Part shown: positions 8,216 through 16,132 of the stretch, one piece after another
How the letters are laid out: each line of letters opens with the position of its first letter
How positions within the stretch are numbered: position 1 is the first letter of the stretch
NCBI GenBank assembly: GCA_046484225.1
Contig: JAWOBO010000089.1
Coordinates: 1 to 57,368 of the forward strand
Length of the DNA: 57,368 bases
Source of the DNA: Candidatus Omnitrophota bacterium
GTDB lineage: Bacteria > Omnitrophota > Gorgyraeia > Duberdicusellales > 4484-171
Reading direction: 5' to 3'
Position numbers and translations under genes: made by a program
The notes under the pieces: model-generated
What the model saw: only the letters and a program-made list of their open reading frames with translations
What the model was told of the DNA's origin: nothing
The model's database searches: none

Positions 8216-9602
8216 AACTCATAGTTGCGGACAGCTAAACGAAAACAATTTAGAAGATAAAGTAACTTTAGTGGGGTGGGTTTCTTCGCGTAGAGACCAT
8301 GGGAAAATTATATTTGTTGACCTAAGGGATAGATACGGAATAACTCAGTTAATATTTTTGCCTAAACCAAAAGAAGTTAATCAAAAAGCAAAAAAAATAC
8401 GTTCAGAGGATGTAATAAAGATAAAAGGTGTTGTCAACAAAAGGCCTTCTAAAACAGAGAATCCAAATATTCCTACTGGCCTTGTTGAGGTTTGCGTAGA
8501 GGAGATAGATTTTTTGAGCCGTTGCCAAGATTTACCCTTTGAACTAGATCAAGATAAAGAGATAAGCCAGGAGCTAAAACTATATCATAGATACCTCTAT
8601 CTAAGAAGGCCGGAGATAACCAAGAAGTTTATTTTACGTCATGAACTTAATCAGGCGCTAAGAGATTTTCTTAATAAAAAAGAGTTTTTAGAAGTTGAAA
8701 CTCCTATGTTAACCAAATCTACTCCAGAAGGAGCTAGAGACTTTTTGGTTCCGTCTCGCCTGCAGCCGGAGAAGTTTTATGCTCTTCCTCAATCACCTCA
8801 GCTTTTCAAGCAAATTCTTATGGTTTCCGGCCTAGATAAATATTATCAAATAGCGCGTTGTTTCCGTGATGAAGATTTACGTAAAGACAGGCAACCTGAA
8901 TTTACTCAGCTTGATTTGGAAGCTTCTTTTTTAGAGGAAGATGATATTTTTAACTTAATTGAGGCAATGTTGGCAAAACTATTTTTAGATGTTTTAGGGG
9001 TAGAGCTCAAGACCCCTTTTCCCAAGATTTCTTATCAGGAGTCGATGGAAAAATATAAAACTGATAAGCCGGATATAAATGAAAAACCAGCATCTTCTGA
9101 TTACCGATTTCTCTGGGTAACTGATTTTCCACTTTTTGAGTATAATCAAGAAGATAAGTGCTGGCAATCTCTACATCATCCCTTTACTGCTCCCAACCAA
9201 GAAGATATTGATAAGTTAACGGATAAAGATTTGGCTAAAGTAAGGTCACGTTCCTACGATCTTGTTCTAAACGGAGAAGAAATTGGCAGTGGTTCGGTAA
9301 GAATACATTCAGCCGAAATTCAAAGGAAGATTTTTCAAATTTTGGGGATATCTGAAGAAGAAGCAAATGAAAAATTTGGATTTTTATTAAGATCTTTTAA
9401 ATTTGGAGTTCCTCCTCATGCTGGTATTGCCTTTGGCTTAGATAGATTATATGCTATAATAACCAAATCTGATAGTATACGGGATATAATTGCTTTTCCC
9501 AAAACACAGAGAGGTGTTTCTCCGTTAACCGGAGCACCTTCGCCTGTATCAGAAGATCAGCTTGATGAGTTAAAAATAAAAACGATAGAAGAAAAAGATT
9601 AG
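8208..9602 (+). CDS. aspS: aspartate--tRNA ligase, bacterial type but lacking the GAD insertion domain
   Basis: N-terminus LRTHSCGQL...GWV..RRDHGKIIFVDLRDRYG. Also FRDEDLRKDRQPEFTQLD, HHPFTAP and GFGLDRL-like motifs. Only 464 aa. 8-nt overlap with hisS. Confidence 0.9.
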   Translation: MLRTHSCGQLNENNLEDKVTLVGWVSSRRDHGKIIFVDLRDRYGITQLIFLPKPKEVNQKAKKIRSEDVIKIKGVVNKRPSKTENPNIPTGLVEVCVEEIDFLSRCQDLPFELDQDKEISQELKLYHRYLYLRRPEITKKFILRHELNQALRDFLNKKEFLEVETPMLTKSTPEGARDFLVPSRLQPEKFYALPQSPQLFKQILMVSGLDKYYQIARCFRDEDLRKDRQPEFTQLDLEASFLEEDDIFNLIEAMLAKLFLDVLGVELKTPFPKISYQESMEKYKTDKPDINEKPASSDYRFLWVTDFPLFEYNQEDKCWQSLHHPFTAPNQEDIDKLTDKDLAKVRSRSYDLVLNGEEIGSGSVRIHSAEIQRKIFQILGISEEEANEKFGFLLRSFKFGVPPHAGIAFGLDRLYAIITKSDSIRDIIAFPKTQRGVSPLTGAPSPVSEDQLDELKIKTIEEKD

Positions 9603-9632
9603 GAACAAATAGTTTTAAAAGGGGGTCGGAAA

Positions 9633-10166
9633 ATGAAAAAAATATTATTTTTATTATTGATTGTATTCTTATCAGGATGTATGAGGGTTAGAACTTATAC
9701 GGTTGAAAAACCGCGTAAAGATACAGATATAAAAGGTAATCAAGGTTATTTAATGGGAGAATCTGACCAGGAACAAAAAGAAAGTAAGTTAGGTTCAACT
9801 CGAAAAGTTTCGGTGTTAGAATTTGAATTTGGGCCTAAATCAAAAGAAGATCTATCTAGGATAAAAGAGTCAGAGAAAGCGTCTCAAGAAGAATTTTATC
9901 AACAAGAAACTGATCAAAAAGAAATTTATCAAAAAGAAGAGTTTATGGCTCCCCAGATAAAGACTAAAAAATATGATCTAGCATCTTCTGAATATGAGTA
10001 TGAAGATTATACTATTAAAGAAAATGATACTTTACAGAAGATTTCTCGTAAATTTTACGGTACAACAAAAAAGTGGGAGCTTATTTATCAAGAAAATAAG
10101 GACACTTTAAAAAGTTCAGATCAAATATATCCAGGTACAACAATTAAAGTGCCTATTTTGAAGTAA
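9633..10166 (+). CDS. lipoprotein with C-terminal LysM domain
   Basis: Signal peptide with lipobox FLSGC. C-terminal YTIKENDTLQKISRKFYGTTKKWELIYQENK...IYPGTTIKVP fits LysM. Confidence 0.75.
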   Translation: MKKILFLLLIVFLSGCMRVRTYTVEKPRKDTDIKGNQGYLMGESDQEQKESKLGSTRKVSVLEFEFGPKSKEDLSRIKESEKASQEEFYQQETDQKEIYQKEEFMAPQIKTKKYDLASSEYEYEDYTIKENDTLQKISRKFYGTTKKWELIYQENKDTLKSSDQIYPGTTIKVPILK

Positions 10167-10176
10167 TATTTTTTGT

Positions 10177-11142
10177 ATGCGTAAAACAATTCCTATAGAG
10201 GATTCTTCTAAGCTTAAATTTATCTTTGGCCCCCAAGATAAGAATTTAAAGTTGTTAGAAAAAGAACTAGATGTTTCTATATATTTAACTCCTCAAGGTA
10301 TATCTATTGAAGGGAAAAAGCCTAATACAAAAGAAGCCTCGGCTCAGCTCAATAAGATTATCAAGCTCACCCAGGAAGGGTTCATCCTTTCCCAAAAAGA
10401 GTTAATTAAACTTCTTTATTCTAAAGAACCCTCCGGCCCTGCTCAAAAAACAAATAAAAATACAGCTGAAGACGGTATAAAAGTATTTTCAGGAAGCAAA
10501 CAAAAAGTTTTTCCTAAAACAAAAGGTCAGCTTAGTTATATTGGGTCAATAAACCAAAGTGATATCGTTATTGCAACTGGCCCAGCTGGTACGGGTAAGA
10601 CTTATTTAGCTATGGCTATGGCAGTAAACTATTTATTGGAAAAAAAGGTGAGGAGAATTATTCTTACCCGGCCTGCTATCGAAGCTGGTGAGTCTTTGGG
10701 GTATTTGCCCGGAAGCATGCAGGAGAAGCTTAATCCTTATTTGCGTCCTTTATATGATGCTTTATATGATATGATGGATATTGAGGTCATTGAAGAGTAC
10801 CTTGAAACAGGGATAATAGAGATTGCTCCTTTAGCTTATATGAGAGGCAGAAGCCTTAATAATGCTTTTGTGATCTTAGATGAGGCGCAAAATTGTACTT
10901 CAGAACAACTACGAATGTTTTTAACTAGATTAGGGTTTGATTCAAAGACAGTAATTACAGGAGATATCACCCAAAGTGATCTGCCTGGAGGAAAACCCAC
11001 GGGCTTGTTGGAGGCTAAGAGTATATTAAAAAAAATTAAGGGCATAGAGTTTGTCGAGTTAAAAGGCGAAGATGTGGTTAGGCATCCTTTAATTCAAAAA
11101 ATAATCCAAGCTTATGAAAGTTTTTATAATAGCAAGCTTTAA
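10177..11142 (+). CDS. phoH: PhoH-family ATPase
   Basis: Walker A GPAGTGKTYLAMA and DEAQN motif. Conserved phoH / HD-membrane protein / ybeY neighbourhood. Confidence 0.9.
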   Translation: MRKTIPIEDSSKLKFIFGPQDKNLKLLEKELDVSIYLTPQGISIEGKKPNTKEASAQLNKIIKLTQEGFILSQKELIKLLYSKEPSGPAQKTNKNTAEDGIKVFSGSKQKVFPKTKGQLSYIGSINQSDIVIATGPAGTGKTYLAMAMAVNYLLEKKVRRIILTRPAIEAGESLGYLPGSMQEKLNPYLRPLYDALYDMMDIEVIEEYLETGIIEIAPLAYMRGRSLNNAFVILDEAQNCTSEQLRMFLTRLGFDSKTVITGDITQSDLPGGKPTGLLEAKSILKKIKGIEFVELKGEDVVRHPLIQKIIQAYESFYNSKL

Positions 11143-11147
11143 AAAAT

Positions 11148-12506
11148 ATGAATATTTCATTAGGTAAAAACAAAATAAAGTTAAAAAGTGTAATAATTGG
11201 CTCTGTTTTCTTTTTAATTGCGTCTTTTATCTTCTTTCTTTATTCAATCAGCCTTTCTTTGCTTGCTTTGATTGCGGTTTTATTTATCTATCTCTATTTT
11301 TATCGTAAACCAGATAATTTACCATCTTTTCTAGATTTATCTATACTTGCTATAATTGCAATTCTGATTCCGGTTTTGACCACAATAACACTCAAACTAC
11401 CCGGTTATGGGATAGCGGCTATAGGTTTTGCTATTTTGATTACTTTATTATTTGAGAATTTGGAGTTATCATTTGTTTTTTCTCTTTTTATTGCTGTTTT
11501 GGCTGGTGAAATTTCCGATAGGAGCTTTAGCGTAGCTTTGAGTTTATTTATAGCTTCAATTGTAGCTTCTCTGTTTAGTTTTCGGATTAGACGAAGGTTT
11601 CAAGTAATTCAAGCTGGATTCTTAGCCGGAGTTGCGCAATTTATAATTGCCTATGTTTTAGAAGGAAAAAATAGTTTTTTGGTATTTTCTCCTCTAGATT
11701 TAGGATTGTTGAAGGTATGTTTAATCAATGGTATTTTATCTTCAATCATTGTCTTAGGTATACTTCCAATTTTTGAATATATATTTAAAGTTCTTACTAA
11801 TATTTCCTTGCTTGAACTTTCTGATTTTAATCATCCTTTAATGAGGCGGTTGATACTTGAAGCCCCGGGTACTTATCAGCATTCTTTAGTTATGGCTAAT
11901 TTAAGCGAGGCAGCAGCAGAAGCTATTGGAGCTAACTCACTTCTTGTTAGGGTGGGGGCTTATTATCATGATATTGGGAAGTTGGTTAAGCCCCAATATT
12001 TTGTTGAGAATTTGGTAAACTATAAAGATATGCATAAAAAGTTAAAACCTTCAATGAGTAAGTTAATTATCTTTAATCATGTCAAAGAAGGGGTTGAATT
12101 AGCAAAAAAATACCATATTAATCCGCAAATAATTAATTTTATTCGTCAACATCACGGCACAACTTTAGTTTATTACTTTTACCATCGGGCAAAAGAGGTT
12201 GAGCCAGATTGTAAGCATGAGGAAGAGTATAAATATCCTGGCCCTAAACCCCAATCTAAAGAAATTGCTATTGTTGCTTTAGCTGATTCAATTGAGGCGA
12301 TTTCGCGTACGGTTCCTGAGCCAAATCCAGCCAGGATAGAAGAGATGATCAGAGAAGTTGTAAAGAAACGTTTTATGGAAGGTGAGCTAGATGAAAGTAA
12401 CCTTACCTTAAAAGATTTAGAAAAAATTACCCAGAGTTTTATCCGGATATTAAATGCGACATTTCATACCCGAATCAACTACCCTAAAGAAAAGAAAAAT
12501 GTTTAA
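11148..12506 (+). CDS. 7TM-HD membrane phosphohydrolase (PgpH/YqfF-like, short form)
   Basis: Multiple hydrophobic helices followed by an HD domain (HSLVMANL..., YYHDIGK). 452 aa, so the long N-terminal extracellular domain of the Firmicute homologues is absent. Confidence 0.75.
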   Translation: MNISLGKNKIKLKSVIIGSVFFLIASFIFFLYSISLSLLALIAVLFIYLYFYRKPDNLPSFLDLSILAIIAILIPVLTTITLKLPGYGIAAIGFAILITLLFENLELSFVFSLFIAVLAGEISDRSFSVALSLFIASIVASLFSFRIRRRFQVIQAGFLAGVAQFIIAYVLEGKNSFLVFSPLDLGLLKVCLINGILSSIIVLGILPIFEYIFKVLTNISLLELSDFNHPLMRRLILEAPGTYQHSLVMANLSEAAAEAIGANSLLVRVGAYYHDIGKLVKPQYFVENLVNYKDMHKKLKPSMSKLIIFNHVKEGVELAKKYHINPQIINFIRQHHGTTLVYYFYHRAKEVEPDCKHEEEYKYPGPKPQSKEIAIVALADSIEAISRTVPEPNPARIEEMIREVVKKRFMEGELDESNLTLKDLEKITQSFIRILNATFHTRINYPKEKKNV

Positions 12507-12513
12507 ATAAACG

Positions 12514-12539
12514 TAGGGGCAGATTGCAATCTGTCCCTA
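12514..12539. repeat. GC-rich hairpin TAGGGGCAGAT-tgca-ATCTGTCCCTA (family with 37381-37407)
   Basis: 11-nt arms with one G-T pair. Shares the GTAGGGGCAG...CTGYCCCTA base with the second copy. No downstream T-tract. Confidence 0.5.
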
Positions 12540-12547
12540 TATTCTGC

Positions 12548-12979
12548 ATGGACATATTAAACCGGCAAAAAATTAAAAATGTAGATATAAAAAAAGTAAG
12601 AAAATATTTAGGGAAAATATTTTCTTATCTTATGATTGAACCTAAAAGGGCCTCTTTTGTGCTTTGTGATAATTCATTTATCAAAAAATTAAATAATAAG
12701 TATTTTAATAAAAGTATCCCCACTGATGTTATCGCTTTTCCCCTCGCTGACGATATAGAGCCTGATTATCTTGGTGAGGCGGTGGTTTCGGTAGAGGAGG
12801 CTGTTTTGACATCCAAAGAGCTAAAAATAGATTGGCAAAAGGAGTTGCTTCTTTATCTTATTCATGGGGTGTTACACCTTGTTGGCTTTAGAGATGATAC
12901 TCCGGTTGAAAGAAAAAAAATAGAGCAAAAACAACAAGAAGTTCTTGCTAGGTTTAAAACGGTAAAGTTAGAACAATGA
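12548..12979 (+). CDS. ybeY: rRNA maturation endoribonuclease YbeY
   Basis: HGVLHLVGF metal-binding motif. Start moved to ATG 12548 (MDILNRQ...), because the ORF-track TTG at 12524 lies in the loop of an intergenic hairpin. Confidence 0.85.
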   Translation: MDILNRQKIKNVDIKKVRKYLGKIFSYLMIEPKRASFVLCDNSFIKKLNNKYFNKSIPTDVIAFPLADDIEPDYLGEAVVSVEEAVLTSKELKIDWQKELLLYLIHGVLHLVGFRDDTPVERKKIEQKQQEVLARFKTVKLEQ

Positions 12980-13755
12980 TTAAAAAAGATATAGGTTTTG
13001 TCTTAAAAAGATTTAATTTCAGAGAAACTAGCATAATCGCTACTATTTATTCTCATAAATTTGGTAAAATCCAAGGAATTTTTAAAGGGTTTTACACTCA
13101 AAAGAAAGAATTTTCTTCTCCTTTAGACATATTTAGCTTAAATGAATTAATTTTTTATCCTAAAGAAAGTGAAATCTGGCTAGTTTCAGAAGCTGAGCTG
13201 ATTTCAGATTTTTCTTATTTGAGAAAAGATTTAGAAAAAGGTGTAGCCGCAGGTTTTTTCTTCAATTTGTTAGATAGGACTATGCAGCTTTGGGATCAGA
13301 ATCGGTATATTTTCAATCTTCTTTTTCATTGTGTTAGATTAGTCGATGAAAACCCGACCAAGGCTTTTTATATTTTCGTAATTAAATTTTTAACCCTAGC
13401 CGGGGTTAAACCTGAGCTTAATCGTTGTATAGTTTGTCATAGGCTGATTAAGGAGGATCTTTCTTTTAGTGTCCGCAGAGGGGGGTTGCTTTGTTTTAGC
13501 TGCCGTAAAAATTACCGGGATTACAAATCAGTAAGTAAAGAAGCATCAAAAACTTTTAATTATATACAAAATAGTTCATTTTCGGCAGCTAAGAGGATTC
13601 AATTAAGCCTGCGTTGCCAGAGAGAAATTTATGAAATTATAGAGAAATTTATAATCTACCATTTTGATTTAAAAGATTTATTGCCAAATAAATCCTATTT
13701 AACAACCTTTAGTTCACTATGCAACAAAACAGGTTCAAGCAAAAATGTTGCATAG
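12976..13755 (+). CDS. recO: DNA repair protein RecO
   Basis: N-terminal OB-fold pattern (VLKRFNFRETSIIATIY..FGKIQGIFKG) and zinc finger CIVC...CFSC. 4-nt ATGA overlap with ybeY. Confidence 0.75.
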   Translation: MIKKDIGFVLKRFNFRETSIIATIYSHKFGKIQGIFKGFYTQKKEFSSPLDIFSLNELIFYPKESEIWLVSEAELISDFSYLRKDLEKGVAAGFFFNLLDRTMQLWDQNRYIFNLLFHCVRLVDENPTKAFYIFVIKFLTLAGVKPELNRCIVCHRLIKEDLSFSVRRGGLLCFSCRKNYRDYKSVSKEASKTFNYIQNSSFSAAKRIQLSLRCQREIYEIIEKFIIYHFDLKDLLPNKSYLTTFSSLCNKTGSSKNVA

Positions 13756-13791
13756 CGGCTTAGGAGAAAGGTGGAAAATAAGAAGGAGTTT

Positions 13792-13800
13792 TGGTATAAT
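13792..13800 (+). promoter_or_regulatory. extended -10 (TGGTATAAT) 8 nt upstream of the queF ATG
   Basis: TGGTATAAT at 13792-13800, ATG at 13809, no SD in between. Confidence 0.4.
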
Positions 13801-13808
13801 AAAAAGTT

Positions 13809-14246
13809 ATGATTTATGAAGAACGGAAAATATCTCCTATAGAAAAAAAGGCAAAAAAGACTGTTTCAAAAAGTTTTTTGCCTGAAGATATCGATAGTTC
13901 AATTTTACAAACTATTTCTTATCGATATCCAAAGAAGATTATTGATGTTCAATTAAGCTCGCAAGAGTTTAGTTGTGTTTGTCCGTATTCTGATCTTCCT
14001 GACTTTGCTCATTTAACGATACAGTATACTCCTTATAAAAAGTTAATTGAATTAAAATCCTTAAAATACTATATCTATGCTTTTCGTAATGTAAAAATTT
14101 ATAATGAGCATGTAGTAAATAAAGTGATGGAAGATTTAAAAAAAGCATTGAATCCTCGAAAAATAGAAGTAACTGCCGAGTTTAGTTGCCGGGGCGGTAT
14201 AAAAAATAAAGTTGTAGCTACCTTCAAGAAAAAGCATCAAAGATAA
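13809..14246 (+). CDS. queF: NADPH-dependent 7-cyano-7-deazaguanine reductase
   Basis: Catalytic Cys context FSCVCPYSDLPDF and QueF motif ELKSLKYYIYAFR. Size matches type I QueF. Confidence 0.85.
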   Translation: MIYEERKISPIEKKAKKTVSKSFLPEDIDSSILQTISYRYPKKIIDVQLSSQEFSCVCPYSDLPDFAHLTIQYTPYKKLIELKSLKYYIYAFRNVKIYNEHVVNKVMEDLKKALNPRKIEVTAEFSCRGGIKNKVVATFKKKHQR

Positions 14247-14259
14247 TCAAAAAATATAA

Positions 14260-15195
14260 ATGTTTAAAAAGGCTATAATTTTACTTTTTTTATTTTTTGC
14301 CTCTTGTACACCTTCTCTAAACAAAGATAAATTTGTTGTATCTGGTACATATCTAGAGGTACAATCTTTAGATAAACGTGCTGCTAAAGTTGTTTATCAA
14401 GAATTTAGGAGACTAGATTCAATTTTTAATAGTTATAAAGAAAGTTCAGAAAGCTATAAATTAAATAAGAGCCCAAATAAAGCATTTAAGGCATCAAATG
14501 AACTAATTGAGGTTATAAAGGCAGCTAAAAAATATTATCAATTAAGCCAGGGAACTTTTGATATAACCAAGGCTAAATTATATAATTTTTGGAAAAAATG
14601 GGGAAAAGAAAGCCAAGATAATAAATTCCCTAAGGCTGTTAAAATTGAAACTTTAAAAAGTTTTGGAAATATTAATGATCTTGAAATAGATCAAGTTAAT
14701 AAAACCATTAAGCTAAAGAATAAAGATACTGCTTTAGACTTATCAGGAATTGCAAAAGGTTATATGGTTGATAAAGCAGTAGAGAAGCTAAAAGAATCAG
14801 GAATAAAAGATGCTTTGATTAACGCCGGAGGCGAAATATATTGTTTAGGCAAAAATAAAGGTAGGCCTTGGCAGGTGGGAATAAGAGGCCCTAGAGGAGC
14901 AATTGTTAAAAAAATTGGAATAAGTGACGCAGCTGTTGCAACATCTGGCAACTACCAACAGGTTTATAAACAAGATGGCAAAGTTTATTCTCATATTATA
15001 AATCCTCAGACTGGATATCCGGTAGTTAATAATTTTTTAGGAATAACGGTCGTTGCAAAAAACTGCATGAAGGCAGATATTCTTGCTACTGTTTTTTTTA
15101 TAAAAGGAAAGAGTTTTACGAAAAAAGTTGTTAAAAAAGAGCCCTCACTTGAAGTGTATTTTGTAACTGAAAAAGGAATAGAAAAAATAAATTAA
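14260..15195 (+). CDS. apbE: FAD:protein FMN transferase (ApbE family) lipoprotein
   Basis: Lipobox FFASC. ApbE motifs DLSGIAKGY and ATSGNY. Confidence 0.8.
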   Translation: MFKKAIILLFLFFASCTPSLNKDKFVVSGTYLEVQSLDKRAAKVVYQEFRRLDSIFNSYKESSESYKLNKSPNKAFKASNELIEVIKAAKKYYQLSQGTFDITKAKLYNFWKKWGKESQDNKFPKAVKIETLKSFGNINDLEIDQVNKTIKLKNKDTALDLSGIAKGYMVDKAVEKLKESGIKDALINAGGEIYCLGKNKGRPWQVGIRGPRGAIVKKIGISDAAVATSGNYQQVYKQDGKVYSHIINPQTGYPVVNNFLGITVVAKNCMKADILATVFFIKGKSFTKKVVKKEPSLEVYFVTEKGIEKIN

Positions 15196-15222
15196 AAATA
15201 ATATAATCAAGTTAGGAGGAGC

Positions 15223-16011
15223 ATGAAAAAAAATATAATAAAAATTAAGCAAGCTATAGTTGGAAAAAAGAAAATATCGATGGTTACTTGCTATGATTAT
15301 TCTTTTGCCCGTATCTTGAATGAAAGCGATATTGATATTATTTTAGTGGGAGACTCTTTGGCTAATGTTTGTCTCGGGCTTTCTGATACCAAGGATATTA
15401 CTATTGAGGAAATGGTAAATCATACTAAAGCTGTAGCAAGAGGCGCTCCCGATAAAATAATTATTGCTGATATGCCTTATGCGGGTTGTCAAAAAAAGTC
15501 TAGTAAACCATTGCAGGTTTCAAAAAAGTTTATTCAAGCTGGAGCTTCTGCAATAAAGATTGAATGGTTTAGGGGTTGTAAAAAGGTAATTAATAGTCTA
15601 ATAAAAAATAAGATTCCAGTTATGGGCCATATTGGCCTTACCCCACAAACTGTGCATCTTCTTGGTGGTTATAAGGTTCAAGGTAAGGATGAAAAATCTG
15701 GTAATAAGTTAATTAAGCAAGCTAAGCAATTACAAGATTTAGGTGTCTTTAGTATTGTTTTAGAATGTATCCAAAAAGATGTAGCTAAAGATATTACTGA
15801 TATTTTAGAAATTCCTACTATCGGAATCGGAGCCGGAAAATATTGCAGTGGCCAAGTTTTAGTCCTATATGATCTTTTGGGCCTTTATCCTAACAAAATG
15901 AAGTTTGTAAGAACTTTTTCTAATCTATCCAGCCAAATAAAGAATGCAATAAATTCATTTAATCAAGAGATAAAAAAAGAAACTTTTCCTTCAGACCAGG
16001 AAAGTTTTTGA
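15223..16011 (+). CDS. panB: 3-methyl-2-oxobutanoate hydroxymethyltransferase
   Basis: MVTCYDYSFARIL...ILVGDSLANVCLG and GHIGLTPQ motifs. Confidence 0.9.
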   Translation: MKKNIIKIKQAIVGKKKISMVTCYDYSFARILNESDIDIILVGDSLANVCLGLSDTKDITIEEMVNHTKAVARGAPDKIIIADMPYAGCQKKSSKPLQVSKKFIQAGASAIKIEWFRGCKKVINSLIKNKIPVMGHIGLTPQTVHLLGGYKVQGKDEKSGNKLIKQAKQLQDLGVFSIVLECIQKDVAKDITDILEIPTIGIGAGKYCSGQVLVLYDLLGLYPNKMKFVRTFSNLSSQIKNAINSFNQEIKKETFPSDQESF

Positions 16012-16023
16012 AATATATTTTAA

Positions 16024-16052
16024 TTGACTGGTTTAGTCACTTCTGCTAATAT
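16024..16052 (+). promoter_or_regulatory. sigma-70-type promoter upstream of purB
   Basis: TTGACT (16024-16029), 17 nt spacer, TAATAT (16047-16052), in a 120-nt spacer. Confidence 0.5.
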
Positions 16053-16132
16053 TGTATTCTATATAGTAGCAAGTCGGTATTTTTGTTTACTATACCTTGG
16101 ATTCCCGCAAAAAAAATATAGAGGAGGCAGTT

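Noticed and set aside
12524-12547. N-terminal extensions proposed by the ORF track: ybeY from 12524, purB from 16097, purM from 22529, leuC from 40596, murE from 55230, and the IMPDH-like gene from 248.
   Set aside because: In each case an in-frame downstream start has a proper SD or tight coupling to the upstream stop, and gives the canonical family N-terminus. The longer versions overlap the upstream gene or an intergenic hairpin.
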